Of a DNA stretch of 64,000 nt, positions 46,949-56,377 are shown piece by piece; the first letter of the stretch is position 1, and the number at the start of each line of letters is the position of its first letter. The translations under genes and the position numbers were made by a program. The notes under the pieces are model-generated. The model worked only from the letters and a program-made list of their open reading frames with translations. It had not been told where the DNA came from and did no database searches. Source of the DNA: a virus; IMG/VR virus record IMGVR_UViG_3300012964_000010, positions 1 through 64,000 of that record. The stretch is one strand, 5' to 3'.

Positions 46949-47410
46949 TTACAAACTCGCATCATCCAAACCTGCTGCACGCAGTTTAATAATATGCCCA
47001 GTCATGAAATTTTTTGTTTCAAGGGCCTTACTAATTGCAAGGTACTTGTTTCTTAACAAAGCTACCTCATTTACGAGTATCGTGAAATCAACAATGCTCT
47101 TAACACCGTCGACGTACTTTTCAGCATCTCGTGAACTAAGTGTCTTATTGTATGCTTCTAAGAATTTCTTAAATTCAATAGACCTGTCCTTGCGTAGTCG
47201 AATATTAAGATATTCAAGAATTGCCTCAATCTCTTGCAATTGAGAAAACCGTTGTTCAACAATACCGGGTAATTCTGCGGCATGTTTCTCTAAGCTTTTT
47301 CCCTTCAAAGATAACTCCCGGCGAGCTGTTATAAGCTCGCCTTCGAAGTAATCTATAAAGTCGGGTATTAAGCTAATGTCACCTGTTACTTTGTAGTACC
47401 AAGAACTCAC
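46949..47410 (-). CDS. uvsY: UvsY-like recombination mediator
   Basis: Helical protein, Y...LSSRDAEKYVDG, I.KLR.AG; located between uvsW and uvsX. Confidence 0.7.
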   Translation of the reverse strand: MSSWYYKVTGDISLIPDFIDYFEGELITARRELSLKGKSLEKHAAELPGIVEQRFSQLQEIEAILEYLNIRLRKDRSIEFKKFLEAYNKTLSSRDAEKYVDGVKSIVDFTILVNEVALLRNKYLAISKALETKNFMTGHIIKLRAAGLDDASL

Positions 47411-47424
47411 TTATTCACCTTACA

Positions 47425-47577
47425 TCATTCAGCAGTTTTCTGCTCTTTTAGAGCATCTGCTACAATCTGTTCAATGATATCTACTAATCTATGTGTGGTA
47501 CCATCTTCAAGTTTTACGAATACTTCGTAACCCCGTTCTTTGTCAAATATACTTAGACCGATATCAGTAAATTTCAT
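47425..47577 (-). CDS. 50-aa hypothetical protein, below ORF-track cutoff
   Basis: Hand translation MKFTDIGLSIFDKERGYEVFVKLEDGTTHRLVDIIEQIVADALKEQKTAE. Confidence 0.6.
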   Translation of the reverse strand: MKFTDIGLSIFDKERGYEVFVKLEDGTTHRLVDIIEQIVADALKEQKTAE

Positions 47578-47882
47578 AAATTATGTACTCTTTTAATTGC
47601 CATCTCAATTGCATGAATTAATAAAACTGCCTTCTGAGTTCTATTCATCGTTGCTACTCTTCTAATTGTGAGTAAACGAGGAGGGACACTTAGGTCTTCT
47701 GCCAGGGCCTTATGTACCTTGGTCAGATTTACTGGCTCAGTAATCCACAGAACGTAGTCGACACCCACAGTCACATCTTTCATACTTTCTCTGAACTGTT
47801 GGACTTGCGCAAGTGATTGTTGAGCATCCTTACTCTTAATAGTGTTAAGTAACAATGATCCGATATCAGAAAGACTCGTCAT
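47574..47882 (-). CDS. Hypothetical protein
   Basis: Probable start MTSLSD after GAGGA. Confidence 0.65.
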   Translation of the reverse strand: MTSLSDIGSLLLNTIKSKDAQQSLAQVQQFRESMKDVTVGVDYVLWITEPVNLTKVHKALAEDLSVPPRLLTIRRVATMNRTQKAVLLIHAIEMAIKRVHNL

Positions 47883-48105
47883 CGAAATCCTCTTCTTCAT
47901 AATCAAGTGGATCACCAATGTGGCTTCTGACAGCAGCACGAAGTTCTTTGTCTAAGTCTTCGTCCATGAGGTCGTCATCAACCTTGCCGAATTCGTCAAA
48001 GACAACAACAAGGATGTCTGCCACTTCTAATCTTTCTTTTGGTGGAATATGAGATTTAATTCTTGCCCATAATTCAATGATTAATTCATTATTTTCATTT
48101 ACCAT
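47866..48105 (-). CDS. Small acidic hypothetical protein
   Basis: ELW..IK..IP.KER..A; typical uvsX neighbour. Confidence 0.75.
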   Translation of the reverse strand: MVNENNELIIELWARIKSHIPPKERLEVADILVVVFDEFGKVDDDLMDEDLDKELRAAVRSHIGDPLDYEEEDFDDESF

Positions 48106-49192
48106 CGTATGTCTCCTCTACTACCACAGGCTTCTCTACATCATCAACAAGCACAACCTTGAAATCATCATGTGTGAATTCATCCATAACAACTTTCATT
48201 TTTTCAATATCATTCCATTCTTTGCGGAAATACTTCATTTCTTCCCCTGTGCGCTTAGAGATGTATTTATAACGATTGCCTTCTTTTGTTAAGACTCCTG
48301 ATTTTTCAAACAAGTCAAACAAACCCGAGATTGGGTTCATTCCAGTTTCCCATGGAATGTCAATCTTAATGGATTCGAAAGGTTTTGCATAACGCGTTTT
48401 TACAACCTTACAGGTTGCTCGAATGCCATTAACTTCACTGGTCTTGTTACCATCCTCGTCCTCTTTTAGCTTATATTTGCGCATTGCAACAACAATACTC
48501 GAAGCAAAAATGAAACCAGATCCGCCAGAGATCTTATCATCGGGATCAAACATATCCTGACTGGCATATGTGTGATTTGTAACTACCATACCGATATTTA
48601 GATCACCGAACATATTTACACAGTTCGAGACAAAAGCCTTTAATTGCTTTGCTTTTCGACCCATGTCGCCCTTCATGTCACCGGCCTGAAACTGATTGAC
48701 CTCAGTTGGTGTTAATAACATACCAATCGAATCAATAATGAATAAGATTTTGGGACGCTGCTCTCTCGGTATGTCCAAGTAATTGGCTTTGTATTCAGTA
48801 ACAAAATCGCTAACAATCTTAGCCACATCATCTATCATGGAGGCAGTAATGCGAAGCATTTTATCTTCCTCAGTAGATACATCTAAGTTTGCAAGCCATG
48901 CTTCATCGAGCGCATTTTCTGTATCAATCATGACAACAAAAATGCCTTGTTCCTGCGCTGCTTTTGCAATATTTCCGGACACAATATAAGATTTGCCGGC
49001 GCCGGATTCGCCTGCAAATACCGTTACCTTACCCATCGGGATTCCTCTATTAAAATCACCGCTAATAAGATAATTTAATCCATAAGATCCTGTACTAACC
49101 CATGTGTCTGGGTCATTGAATCCTGTGGAGATACCTGTAATGTTTTTTGTTAAGTTCTTACGGAACTTACTTATGTCAAATGCTTTGGCCAT
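48095..49192 (-). CDS. uvsX: RecA-like recombinase UvsX
   Basis: GESGAGKS, IDTENA, IDS.GML, TNHTY, SGG.G, KTR. Confidence 0.95.
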   Translation of the reverse strand: MAKAFDISKFRKNLTKNITGISTGFNDPDTWVSTGSYGLNYLISGDFNRGIPMGKVTVFAGESGAGKSYIVSGNIAKAAQEQGIFVVMIDTENALDEAWLANLDVSTEEDKMLRITASMIDDVAKIVSDFVTEYKANYLDIPREQRPKILFIIDSIGMLLTPTEVNQFQAGDMKGDMGRKAKQLKAFVSNCVNMFGDLNIGMVVTNHTYASQDMFDPDDKISGGSGFIFASSIVVAMRKYKLKEDEDGNKTSEVNGIRATCKVVKTRYAKPFESIKIDIPWETGMNPISGLFDLFEKSGVLTKEGNRYKYISKRTGEEMKYFRKEWNDIEKMKVVMDEFTHDDFKVVLVDDVEKPVVVEETYDGK

Positions 49193-49210
49193 AGGTTTTC
49201 CTTAGAGTAG

Positions 49211-49237
49211 ATAGGGCAGGTGTTTGACCTGCCCTAT
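49211..49237. terminator. Stable hairpin between gp32 and uvsX
   Basis: ATAGGGCAGGT-GTTTG-ACCTGCCCTAT; weak U tract. Confidence 0.65.
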
Positions 49238-49246
49238 AGTTGCTTA

Positions 49247-50296
49247 TTACTTGTTTCGATTGCGAAGCATTGCAAGAATTTCTTGCGGAGACTTACCAGC
49301 TGGTGCTGTTGTCTGACCTACAAGTTCCTTGGTAACAGTTTCTTTAATCGGATGAAATGTTTCTTCAGCTTCCTCGACGTCAGCTTCCTGTACAGGGGCT
49401 GGTCTTGCAACTGGTGCAGCTACCGGACGTGGAACAGGTACCGAACGTGTAACACGACGGCCTTCCCCACCTTCTCCATCATCACTGCTGGATGACGAAT
49501 CAAATCCAAATGGCTTGTAATATTGACTCCATTGTTTCGGGTCATATAACTCGCCCTCAAGAGACGCCTGGAACATCTCAAACATTGCTGTCATCTGCTC
49601 ATCTGTGGGTCTCTTTGGCAGGTATGTAGAAAGATCTACTAAACCGTGCTGGTCAATTGCTGCAAGCTGGTCTTCCGTAAGACTGGATTCCTTACGTGCC
49701 CACTTTGATGTACCATAATCAGCAAAACCGCCTTTGCTTGTCTTTGCAACAATAAAGTCAGTGCCATTGATGTAATCAACTGGGTTGTAGACCATATCTG
49801 GATCCATCAAGGCAGCTTGAATAATCTTAAAGATTTGTGGGCCAATGATAAATTTACGGATTGGATTTTCAGGCGGATCTTGTTCGCCCATTGCATCTTG
49901 TTTCACAAAACCTTGTGCATAGTAGGTTTTCTTGACCCAATATTTACGTGCAATATCTTCCAGTGCTTTGTCCTTCCACATTGGACGGACTTCGTTTAAG
50001 ATAGGGCAGGTATTCTTACCGTCCCACATTTCGATACAAGGAACTTGTACAACCACTGGCTTATTTTCGTCGTGTCCTTTAATACCGGGAAATGGTAATT
50101 TAATAAGTTGACGTTCTGCCCAGAAAAAAGTATTATCTTTATTTCCGTCAGGTAAGAGTCTAAGGATTGATTGTGTGCCTTCCGGGATGTTCCAGTGTGC
50201 ATAAGTTGTCTTATCGTTACTGAATCCACCTGAACCACCTCTGCGTGATTCCATAGCTTGAAGTTTCTTTCTGATTTCGTCTAGGGTTTTCGACAT
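49247..50296 (-). CDS. 32: Single-stranded DNA-binding protein (T4 gp32-like)
   Basis: LRLLPD, C....CP, G.DF...K, ADY.TSKW, acidic/Pro-rich tail. Confidence 0.88.
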   Translation of the reverse strand: MSKTLDEIRKKLQAMESRRGGSGGFSNDKTTYAHWNIPEGTQSILRLLPDGNKDNTFFWAERQLIKLPFPGIKGHDENKPVVVQVPCIEMWDGKNTCPILNEVRPMWKDKALEDIARKYWVKKTYYAQGFVKQDAMGEQDPPENPIRKFIIGPQIFKIIQAALMDPDMVYNPVDYINGTDFIVAKTSKGGFADYGTSKWARKESSLTEDQLAAIDQHGLVDLSTYLPKRPTDEQMTAMFEMFQASLEGELYDPKQWSQYYKPFGFDSSSSSDDGEGGEGRRVTRSVPVPRPVAAPVARPAPVQEADVEEAEETFHPIKETVTKELVGQTTAPAGKSPQEILAMLRNRNK

Positions 50297-50409
50297 GATA
50301 TATTTTCCTTTAATTTGATATAATTCAAACGCTATTATTTGAGCTGCGATCTACTCGGGTCACGTTAGTCCCTTTCGCATCTTACCTGCTAAGGTCTTCG
50401 TATGCAGCT

Positions 50410-50438
50410 ATTGTACGAAAACCATCTGTGTATGTCAA
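50410..50438 (-). promoter_or_regulatory. Sigma70-type early promoter for gp32
   Basis: TTGACA-17nt-TACAAT. Confidence 0.75.
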
Positions 50439-50445
50439 GAACTTC

Positions 50446-51945
50446 TTAGAAGAAGTTCATTGTATATTTATCAAAAAACGATTCAAGATCGGATGATTCC
50501 TTGATATCTTTTCGATTGCCTTCGGCAGAATCTTCTATCTTAACATTCTCAAATACCTGTGAAAGAACAGCACGTTCAAATTGGTTGACTGCCCCTTCTT
50601 TGCACAATTTTGTGCCAATTTTGTTAATGAATCCAGCAAGCTCATCATTTTCGACAATACGCAATGCAAGTTCGCTGATCTTAAATCCTAAACGAGCATT
50701 ATCGCTCGCGAATTCAAACATCGGTGTTGTATTTATTGATTCACGACGTAGAGTAATTACATTTCCGGCAGCTTCTTCAATGCGCTTGAAGTATGTATCT
50801 TTCTCTAAAACCAATTGTTTAACAATAGGTAGAACTTCTTCAAACTTCTCATCAAAACGGCGAATAGTAAAAAGATCTTTTAATTGGCTTGTATCATCCT
50901 CAGATAGTGGTTCACGCTCAAATGTTTCCAATCGTGCTTTTACTGTTTCGTATGTTCTTGAACCAGAAATCTTCTTTAATTCAGTCTTAAGTGTTTGAAT
51001 ATTCTCTTTAACTGTTTCAACGATACCAGAACTATCTTCATTAATGAGCTTATTGGTTGTTACATAACGGTTGAACGATTGGAGCTTTAATAGTTGATCA
51101 GTGCTTTCGGCAATGTAGGCACCGACCTTGTCGCCCATTGTTCCACCGTGAGCTAAGTGTTGAGCCATTGCTCTCGCGCCTGGCAGATAGTTGTGTGGGA
51201 AACGGAATCGTTCGCCGTTGCATTCAAGGAAAATCGCACTAATATGTCGTGTGCGTGAACCACGCACACTCTCGTCTACTGGTGTTTTGTGACGAACTAA
51301 AATTCTTACATTTTCCAATGTTTGTTGCGATGTCTTTAAAGAGCCAAACATCTTGCTGAAGCTTTCCATAATTGCCTCATCGATAGAAACAATATACATA
51401 GGACTTCCGGAAGGATCGGTACCCTGAACTGTAAGTTTGCCATCCTGAACTAATTTATTTAATGACTTTTGCAAATCAACTCTATTGCTGCCCGGCACTT
51501 CTTGCAATAATTCTTCGATTGTGCTTGTATCTCCATGCTTGGTCATTACATACATGATTTGGCCCATTAAGTGGCTGTTTACATTTACATTCTCGTTCAT
51601 TGCGGGTTCCTTTTGCATTTTTGCCTGATATGCATAATCTCGTGGTTGAATAGATTTTCCAAACACCTTAATGTTTGAGTTCATCAGGAATTCATCGGCA
51701 AGCTTGCGCACATTTTTCTGCAATCCTGCAACATCTGTTTCATCAACGGTTGCACCCTTACTGAACTCGATACAATTATCATCTTCGTTAACTGTAACCA
51801 TAATATTTGGACTGGTAACAAAAAATCTGCGACCAATAGACGGATCAGTGACCTCATTGCCGTCAACATCAAAGATCTTAATTTTTAAACCATTACCCTT
51901 TAATAGTGAAAATATTTTCTCAGCAAGGGTGTCCATTTCTACCAT
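50446..51945 (-). CDS. Conserved head-associated hypothetical protein
   Basis: R.R.I.AIF.E..GERF..P...L.GARAMA.H; late promoter at 51967-51975. Confidence 0.7.
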   Translation of the reverse strand: MVEMDTLAEKIFSLLKGNGLKIKIFDVDGNEVTDPSIGRRFFVTSPNIMVTVNEDDNCIEFSKGATVDETDVAGLQKNVRKLADEFLMNSNIKVFGKSIQPRDYAYQAKMQKEPAMNENVNVNSHLMGQIMYVMTKHGDTSTIEELLQEVPGSNRVDLQKSLNKLVQDGKLTVQGTDPSGSPMYIVSIDEAIMESFSKMFGSLKTSQQTLENVRILVRHKTPVDESVRGSRTRHISAIFLECNGERFRFPHNYLPGARAMAQHLAHGGTMGDKVGAYIAESTDQLLKLQSFNRYVTTNKLINEDSSGIVETVKENIQTLKTELKKISGSRTYETVKARLETFEREPLSEDDTSQLKDLFTIRRFDEKFEEVLPIVKQLVLEKDTYFKRIEEAAGNVITLRRESINTTPMFEFASDNARLGFKISELALRIVENDELAGFINKIGTKLCKEGAVNQFERAVLSQVFENVKIEDSAEGNRKDIKESSDLESFFDKYTMNFF

Positions 51946-51989
51946 GATTAAATTCCTTATTATGCTTATTTATCTAATTTTGATGAAAA

Positions 51990-53564
51990 TTAGATACAGA
52001 TTGGCATCGGTGAATCAAAAGAATTGTCATCGGAATCGGACACATTACTGTTGATTGCTGCCTGCGATCTGTCATCCCATGTAGAAATATAATCTAACAT
52101 ACGAACTGCTAAGATTAATGCCATAATAAGATCGTCGGTTTGCCCAATTCGAGCTTCAAATGTATTACCCCTGGAAACAAATACCTTCAATTCTGACAAA
52201 AGCCCCCTTGAATTAATCTTCATTCTTCCAGATTCGATTAAGAATTTCAATTTAGCGCAAGATTCGAGTTTGGATTTATTTGTTGTGACAAATCCTGCAC
52301 GTCTGCCGGTACGACCTTGTAGCCGATTTTTCGGATCATGCAGCATAGTGCCTGCAAAATTTTCTTCGCCGGTATCACGAATAACAACCAATGCAGCTTC
52401 ACCAAGTGTATTACTTTCTACCGACCAATAGATTTCGGGGTTGCATTCATCGCGCAGATCTTGCAATATTTTCTTAAGAGTTTTAACTTGTTCCTCAATC
52501 GGTGCCTTATTACTGCTCCATTCTGCAACCTGTATAAGTGATGGTAATTCAATTACCTGAATAGCTGCATTATCACCGCCTGTTCCCATAGACGGATCTA
52601 AACCAACCACATAAGTGCAATCATGACGAACAGGTGAATACCAACGTACTTGACCAGTTTTCTTAATTGGCTGGATTGATTCGAGCATAGAAAGTTTAAT
52701 CGGATTAATAAGCGTTTCTTCAAAGGTAATGAATTGACACTTATGTTCTCGCAAGAATCTGTCTTCTCCGAGTGCAGCAAGTTCTTTATCGGCCCAGGCC
52801 TGGTCTCGTTCTGGGTGTGCTTCCCAAGTAGCCATGTAAGGTTTGAAACCATTGCGACCAACTGTTGTTTCATTACCATTATCGTCGACTAATTTATTTG
52901 CACCCCACCAGATTTCAGCAAACTGATCTTCGTCGGTGTTTGGTGTAGATGTTATAATACATTTACCACCAGTTGATAATGTAGGAGATAGAGAAGTCCA
53001 AAATTCTTTAGCAATACCGGGTTCAACGAATGCAAATTCGTCAAGATAAACAAGCGACAAAGACATACCACGACCAGTGTTTTCAGTTGTAGTAGTTGCA
53101 ACAATACGCGAACCATTATCAAAGTCGATAGAACGTTTATTATAGGTTTTCACACCGGCTCTGATATGATCGGGCACGGATTCATATGCATAGCGAACAC
53201 GATGCATAATTTCTTGTGCACCATCATATTTGTTTGATGCAATCAGAATAGTTGAATCATCGTTGAACATGGCATACCAAAGGAGATATCCAGCTGCAAC
53301 AGTGGTTTTTCCCATCTGTCGTGACACCATATTAACAGAACGACGAGAGGTATGATAATTATTAATCAAGTCATACTGAAAATCAAAAAGCTGCAATTTT
53401 TCGCGGCCTCGCATAGTATGCTGAATATACATGAAGTTCTTAATGAAATATAAAGGGCCTGTATCTGGGTCGAGACAGGCCCTTAATTCATCTATCTGCT
53501 CTTTAGAGTAAGAGACCTTTGTATAAGCACGTTTTACAAGTTTATCATCTTGATAAATTGCCAT
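51990..53564 (-). CDS. 17: Terminase large subunit
   Basis: SRQMGKTT, YLDEFAF, STPN, GLDPS.G, VESN, DDL.MA. Confidence 0.95.
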   Translation of the reverse strand: MAIYQDDKLVKRAYTKVSYSKEQIDELRACLDPDTGPLYFIKNFMYIQHTMRGREKLQLFDFQYDLINNYHTSRRSVNMVSRQMGKTTVAAGYLLWYAMFNDDSTILIASNKYDGAQEIMHRVRYAYESVPDHIRAGVKTYNKRSIDFDNGSRIVATTTTENTGRGMSLSLVYLDEFAFVEPGIAKEFWTSLSPTLSTGGKCIITSTPNTDEDQFAEIWWGANKLVDDNGNETTVGRNGFKPYMATWEAHPERDQAWADKELAALGEDRFLREHKCQFITFEETLINPIKLSMLESIQPIKKTGQVRWYSPVRHDCTYVVGLDPSMGTGGDNAAIQVIELPSLIQVAEWSSNKAPIEEQVKTLKKILQDLRDECNPEIYWSVESNTLGEAALVVIRDTGEENFAGTMLHDPKNRLQGRTGRRAGFVTTNKSKLESCAKLKFLIESGRMKINSRGLLSELKVFVSRGNTFEARIGQTDDLIMALILAVRMLDYISTWDDRSQAAINSNVSDSDDNSFDSPMPICI

Positions 53565-53567
53565 TTC

Positions 53568-54734
53568 TTATTTACTTTCTGATTCTTTTAGATATTTTCT
53601 GTAGTTATAAACAAGCTCTCTATGAGTTTCTGCCACTGCTATCTTTTTCTGTTCTGGATTATCGCCTTGGCGAGCACCTGATGCTCCTGTTCTCGAAACC
53701 ACTGGGCTATCGGCACCATCTGGGAAATAATCATTTTTATCTGCATAATGAACTTCATCATATCCATTATTTAGGTCAAAGTCTTCTTCGACTTTTTTAT
53801 CAGATTTTTCGTCTTTTTTGCTACCTTCTTTTTCTTTTTCTTTTTCGTAATCTTTACGGTGCATTTCCCATTTACGATCACTAACTTCTTTGTTTAATCT
53901 ATCGATTGTTCTCTTATCGAGTCCGGGTGTAGCTTCAAATACATCGTCGACACCGTAATCTTCATCGGAACCGTGACCGGCACTTGCAAGTGCATCAGCA
54001 TCGTCACTCATGTCATTGATACCACCTGTCGGTTCATCGTTCCATAATTCTGCATCCACTGCTGACATAATAGATTGAATTTGGTCTGGTGTATAACCAA
54101 AATCAGTAAATTCTTTCTCGATTTGTTCTAAGGCTTGATCCAATGGTACAAATGCATCACTTAATTGTTGCAGTCTGTTAATAGCATTTTTTACATCTTC
54201 GTTCTGATCTTCATTCATTGCGCATGCTTCATCGGCAGTTGCCGGATTTGATTGTTGACAAGAATCTACGGCAGGAACAGACTCATCTGTCTTGCCATGT
54301 TTCTTATTGTAAATAGACCATGCTGTCGCAAAGGCCTTTTCGGGTTCACCTGGATATTGTTTCTTAAGTTTCATAACCATGTCTTCCATACCGGGCGGAG
54401 CCTTTTCATCGAGGCCAGGAAAACCTTGCCCATATCCCGATGCATCAAATTCGTCGTCTTGATCGCGACCACCCGACATTTGATCTCTGATATCTGGGAA
54501 ATCATCTGTATTTTCCTCAACACTTTCCTCCTTGTGACTCTTATACCCCTTACCTTTCATGTAATGTGCAAGTGCCCATGGATTCTCAATTTCGGGATGT
54601 TTCTTCATACTCTTGACAGTACCTTCCCAACCTTTAGGTGCTTTTTCATCGATCTTTTCACCCACACCCGGTATTGCCATAACACTCTCAGTGAGTATAC
54701 CAGCAAGTTTCTTCATTCTGTTTAAATCGTTCAT
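53568..54734 (-). CDS. Acidic modular protein, probable internal head protein
   Basis: RMKKLAGILTE, two DEKAP.G modules, many xxE sites. Confidence 0.7.
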   Translation of the reverse strand: MNDLNRMKKLAGILTESVMAIPGVGEKIDEKAPKGWEGTVKSMKKHPEIENPWALAHYMKGKGYKSHKEESVEENTDDFPDIRDQMSGGRDQDDEFDASGYGQGFPGLDEKAPPGMEDMVMKLKKQYPGEPEKAFATAWSIYNKKHGKTDESVPAVDSCQQSNPATADEACAMNEDQNEDVKNAINRLQQLSDAFVPLDQALEQIEKEFTDFGYTPDQIQSIMSAVDAELWNDEPTGGINDMSDDADALASAGHGSDEDYGVDDVFEATPGLDKRTIDRLNKEVSDRKWEMHRKDYEKEKEKEGSKKDEKSDKKVEEDFDLNNGYDEVHYADKNDYFPDGADSPVVSRTGASGARQGDNPEQKKIAVAETHRELVYNYRKYLKESESK

Positions 54735-55399
54735 CTTATAGCTCCCGTCTTTATGAGATTAGGCTTTTTGACCCTACCAAACAGGCCTACATCGTCTTTC
54801 TTTAAATTCTTTGGATCATTGAAAGTATCATATCCCTTAGTTAGAGTCGAATGGTCGATTGTCTCTTTCGGACTCAGTGGATTGTCAACAACACAGACCT
54901 CACGTTCTTTACGAACTTTCTCAAGTTCCTTCAAGAAACTGATGTTATATTTCTCACCGTAGGGTATAGTTTCAGTTGCTTCGTGATCAGTACCAAGACG
55001 AGCCTTGTACTTCTCTTTATATTCCGGCGAAGATCTATCAACAAATAAATCAGTCTCGATCTGACGAGGATCATTGTCCGAATATACTGCAAGCAAAGCA
55101 GGTGAAATATCTAAACTATTAGAAATATATATTCTAAGAAAGTCTAATGATGCTGGATATCCCATGGTAATATTGCAAATAAATACCGGTGTATTTCTTA
55201 CATTGGGAAAATCTAACGGACTTTCTTGAATTGGGGTTTTTCTAAATGCCGATGCTGCTTTAAGATCATATTTCTTAAGACTCGACTCAAGAAGATCAAT
55301 CATATCATCGGTCATGTCGTGTACGGCAAACTTCAAGACATAATTGTATTCTGTCTTGGTTTCTGCTACATACCGAACAAATGTTTTCTTTTCTGCCAT
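54731..55399 (-). CDS. Conserved hypothetical protein, probable head-associated
   Basis: KTF..Y.AE N-terminus; KTPIQESPLDFP; late promoter at 55422-55430. Confidence 0.7.
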   Translation of the reverse strand: MAEKKTFVRYVAETKTEYNYVLKFAVHDMTDDMIDLLESSLKKYDLKAASAFRKTPIQESPLDFPNVRNTPVFICNITMGYPASLDFLRIYISNSLDISPALLAVYSDNDPRQIETDLFVDRSSPEYKEKYKARLGTDHEATETIPYGEKYNISFLKELEKVRKEREVCVVDNPLSPKETIDHSTLTKGYDTFNDPKNLKKDDVGLFGRVKKPNLIKTGAIR

Positions 55400-55420
55400 A
55401 CTATGACTCCGTTAATACGA

Positions 55421-55933
55421 CTATTTATCAGAATTTTCTGATTTCTTTGAACTAACAAAATACTTGAGTAATTCATTTCTATCAAATTCGCCACCAGATG
55501 AATTCTTTGATTGACCTGTACCGAGATCGAAATCAATCTGTTCAGCTCTAACCTTCTTAAGTTGCAATTCAATCATCTTGAGTTTCTTTTCGGCCTTAGC
55601 ATTTTTAGCTTCAAGTGCTGTCTTGAGCATTTGTCCAGCAACTTCGTAAATCTTGCCTGCATGCATGTCGGGAACATTACCGCCCAATGCAACAAGATCT
55701 TCAAATGTTTGAACAGCTTTTCTTGCGATTGAATCCATTTCTTCATCGTGGGAATCCAACCCGACAACCGTCGGTAATGCATAATCAACTTTCTCAGCTG
55801 TTGTCAGAGAAGAATAAATGGCATTCGCTTCTACCATTAATTCTTCTTTTGTTTTGGTAGGTGCAATTTCTTCTTCTGTTTCTGCTTTTTCAGCTGGCGG
55901 AAGGTTGAAGAAATCTTCCATTTTCTTAGTCAC
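55421..55933 (-). CDS. Terminase small subunit-like protein (T4 gp16-like)
   Basis: YEVAGQML...coiled coil...RNELLK. Confidence 0.6.
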   Translation of the reverse strand: MTKKMEDFFNLPPAEKAETEEEIAPTKTKEELMVEANAIYSSLTTAEKVDYALPTVVGLDSHDEEMDSIARKAVQTFEDLVALGGNVPDMHAGKIYEVAGQMLKTALEAKNAKAEKKLKMIELQLKKVRAEQIDFDLGTGQSKNSSGGEFDRNELLKYFVSSKKSENSDK

Positions 55934-56373
55934 TATGCTTTCCTTTTTGGATTATTAAAAATGTTCTCTTCATTCATTACACGAAACTGCATTCCGTGAT
56001 TTTTTGCAAATTCGTGTGCTGCGGCCCATTTATATGTATTCAACGCAACAGCAGCCTTGGCTCTCTGCGATTTAGCTTGTTCTAAGAATGTTTCTTTAGC
56101 TGGCTTAACTTCAATAATCTCAGTCTTTGTCTTACCATCAGCATCTGTATATGTAACAACAAAATCGGGTATATATACGGTATATTTACCGGTAAACGGA
56201 TTTATATAGGGTATTTTAAGGGACTCGCTTGCCCAGCTCGTAATATTCGGATGTGTGTCAAACTTCTCCATAACCTTAAATTCCCAAGATGAACGAAAAT
56301 ATATAGGATAGGTACCTACATATTTGTTAGGATTTGTCGGATTATATTGTCCTTGTACGTATTTATTAGCCAT
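55933..56373 (-). CDS. 4: Head completion nuclease (T4 gp4-like)
   Basis: NP.KY.G, RSSWE, WASE, Y.PDF, IEVKP. Confidence 0.9.
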   Translation of the reverse strand: MANKYVQGQYNPTNPNKYVGTYPIYFRSSWEFKVMEKFDTHPNITSWASESLKIPYINPFTGKYTVYIPDFVVTYTDADGKTKTEIIEVKPAKETFLEQAKSQRAKAAVALNTYKWAAAHEFAKNHGMQFRVMNEENIFNNPKRKA

Positions 56374-56377
56374 GATA

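Noticed and set aside
19612-53564. Introns or inteins in nrdA, nrdB, helicases, uvsX or terminase
   Set aside because: All are continuous and of ordinary length, with no C...HN intein boundaries
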